A stretch of 18,052 nucleotides of DNA from the NCBI GenBank assembly GCA_037444665.1, contig JBBILZ010000047.1, positions 1-18,052 on the forward strand. The letters run 5' to 3'. Positions 17,147 to 18,052 of the stretch are shown piece by piece. Each line of letters begins with the position of its first letter. Position 1 is the first letter of the stretch. This stretch comes from a candidate division WOR-3 bacterium. GTDB lineage: Bacteria > Hydrothermota > Tepidihabitantia > SM23-42 > JAOAFX01. The notes beneath the pieces are model-generated. The model made no database searches. It saw only the letters and a program-made list of their open reading frames with translations, and was not told where the DNA came from. The translations under genes and the position numbers were made by a program.

Positions 17147-17171
17147 ATAAGGTTACAATAAATACAGCCTA

Positions 17172-17199
17172 TTGATTTTTTATTTATTATTGTTATAAT
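17172..17199 (+). promoter_or_regulatory. Sigma70-type promoter with extended -10 (probably leaderless)
   Basis: TTGATT (17172-17177), 16 nt, TGnTATAAT (hexamer at 17194-17199), then 6 nt to the ATG at 17206. Confidence 0.7.
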
Positions 17200-17205
17200 C
17201 AAATT

Positions 17206-18052
17206 ATGAAAATAAAATTTTGTCTGTTCGTAATTTTTGTAAATGGTTATTTCACTTTTGCCGACCGTGGATTGATTCCTTTGAATTCAGGTGTTGAAAT
17301 CTTTGAGCCAAATCAGCGGGCAATGATTGCCTGGAATGGCGAAGAAGAAATTCTTTTATTTTCTACTGATTTAAATGCATCGGATTCAACAATGGTGCTT
17401 GAAATTCTACCTCTACCCTCTGAACCAAAAGTAAAAAAAGGTGACCTTGAGGCTTTTCAGCGTGCAGTAAAGATAATAAACCAGCGCATTTATGTTGCTA
17501 AAAAAAAGAATGGTGGACGAACAGCAGACGGCACAATTCAGCCACCTGCTGAGATAACTTTTCATGAAAAGATTGGCGCCCATAATATTTCAGTAGTTCA
17601 TCTCAATGAAGAAAAAGGTTTTATTGATTGGGTAAAGGATTATCTGAGGTCACTGGGTTTTGATAAAGAAATAATCTCTGATAGCCACAGGGAATTAGTA
17701 TCATCGTATATTAACGATGGTTTCGTTTATTTTGTCTTTGATGTAGTCACCCTCAATAAAAATAGCAAAACACTTGAACCTATTCAGTATCGTTTTAAAA
17801 CAGAGAAACTTTTTTATCCCTTAAAGATAACAAAACTCGGCTCTGGTTATACTACAATTGAACTTATTATAGTAACACCAAAATTATTATCAAATTTTCA
17901 GGGGATCCCAGTCAAACGTATTCAACTGGCACACGAGCCATTGACCATCAATGATGATGATTTAAAGTTAATTGATGAAGATATGTATAATATGTTAAAA
18001 GATTACAGCACATTAAAATTGCGAATCTGGAAGATTGAGGGTGGAATGAGTT
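17206..18052 (+). CDS. DUF2330-like exported protein, 3'-truncated (missing from the ORF track)
   Basis: Hand translation: MKIKFCLFVIFVNGYFTFA-DRGLIP...EPNQRAMIAWNGEEEILLFSTDL...LEILPLPSEPKVKKGD; appears to run to the window edge. Confidence 0.75.
   Translation, partial: MKIKFCLFVIFVNGYFTFADRGLIPLNSGVEIFEPNQRAMIAWNGEEEILLFSTDLNASDSTMVLEILPLPSEPKVKKGDLEAFQRAVKIINQRIYVAKKKNGGRTADGTIQPPAEITFHEKIGAHNISVVHLNEEKGFIDWVKDYLRSLGFDKEIISDSHRELVSSYINDGFVYFVFDVVTLNKNSKTLEPIQYRFKTEKLFYPLKITKLGSGYTTIELIIVTPKLLSNFQGIPVKRIQLAHEPLTINDDDLKLIDEDMYNMLKDYSTLKLRIWKIEGGMS

Overview
AT-rich bacterial window (diderm; gene content is reminiscent of WOR-3/FCB-type lineages, by inference only). It holds about 17 CDSs, a tRNA-Leu(CAG) and a candidate ~130-nt structured RNA. 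The standout is a 1127-aa protein (1430..4813) with three parts: tandem HicB-like N-terminal modules, a ClpA/ClpC-like double AAA+ core with a degenerate first ATPase and no tyrosine pore loops, and a C-terminal RF2-like release-factor body lacking both GGQ and SPF/PxT. It lies between two calcineurin-like phosphoesterases and a basic YD-repeat-like protein, and is a candidate ribosome-associated quality-control or conflict system. Other observations: an NlpC/P60 domain fused to a possible caspase/gingipain-fold domain, a perfect 36-bp palindrome between an ArsR gene and a CofE-like ligase, and repeated TTGAC(A/T)-N16-TATA(A/C)T promoters placed directly on start codons (leaderless mRNAs). The right half is mostly housekeeping and envelope genes: ndk, Slt-like lytic transglycosylase, DUF2007, FecR-domain, PorV-like and DUF2330. 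All family calls come from motif recognition by eye; no searches were run.
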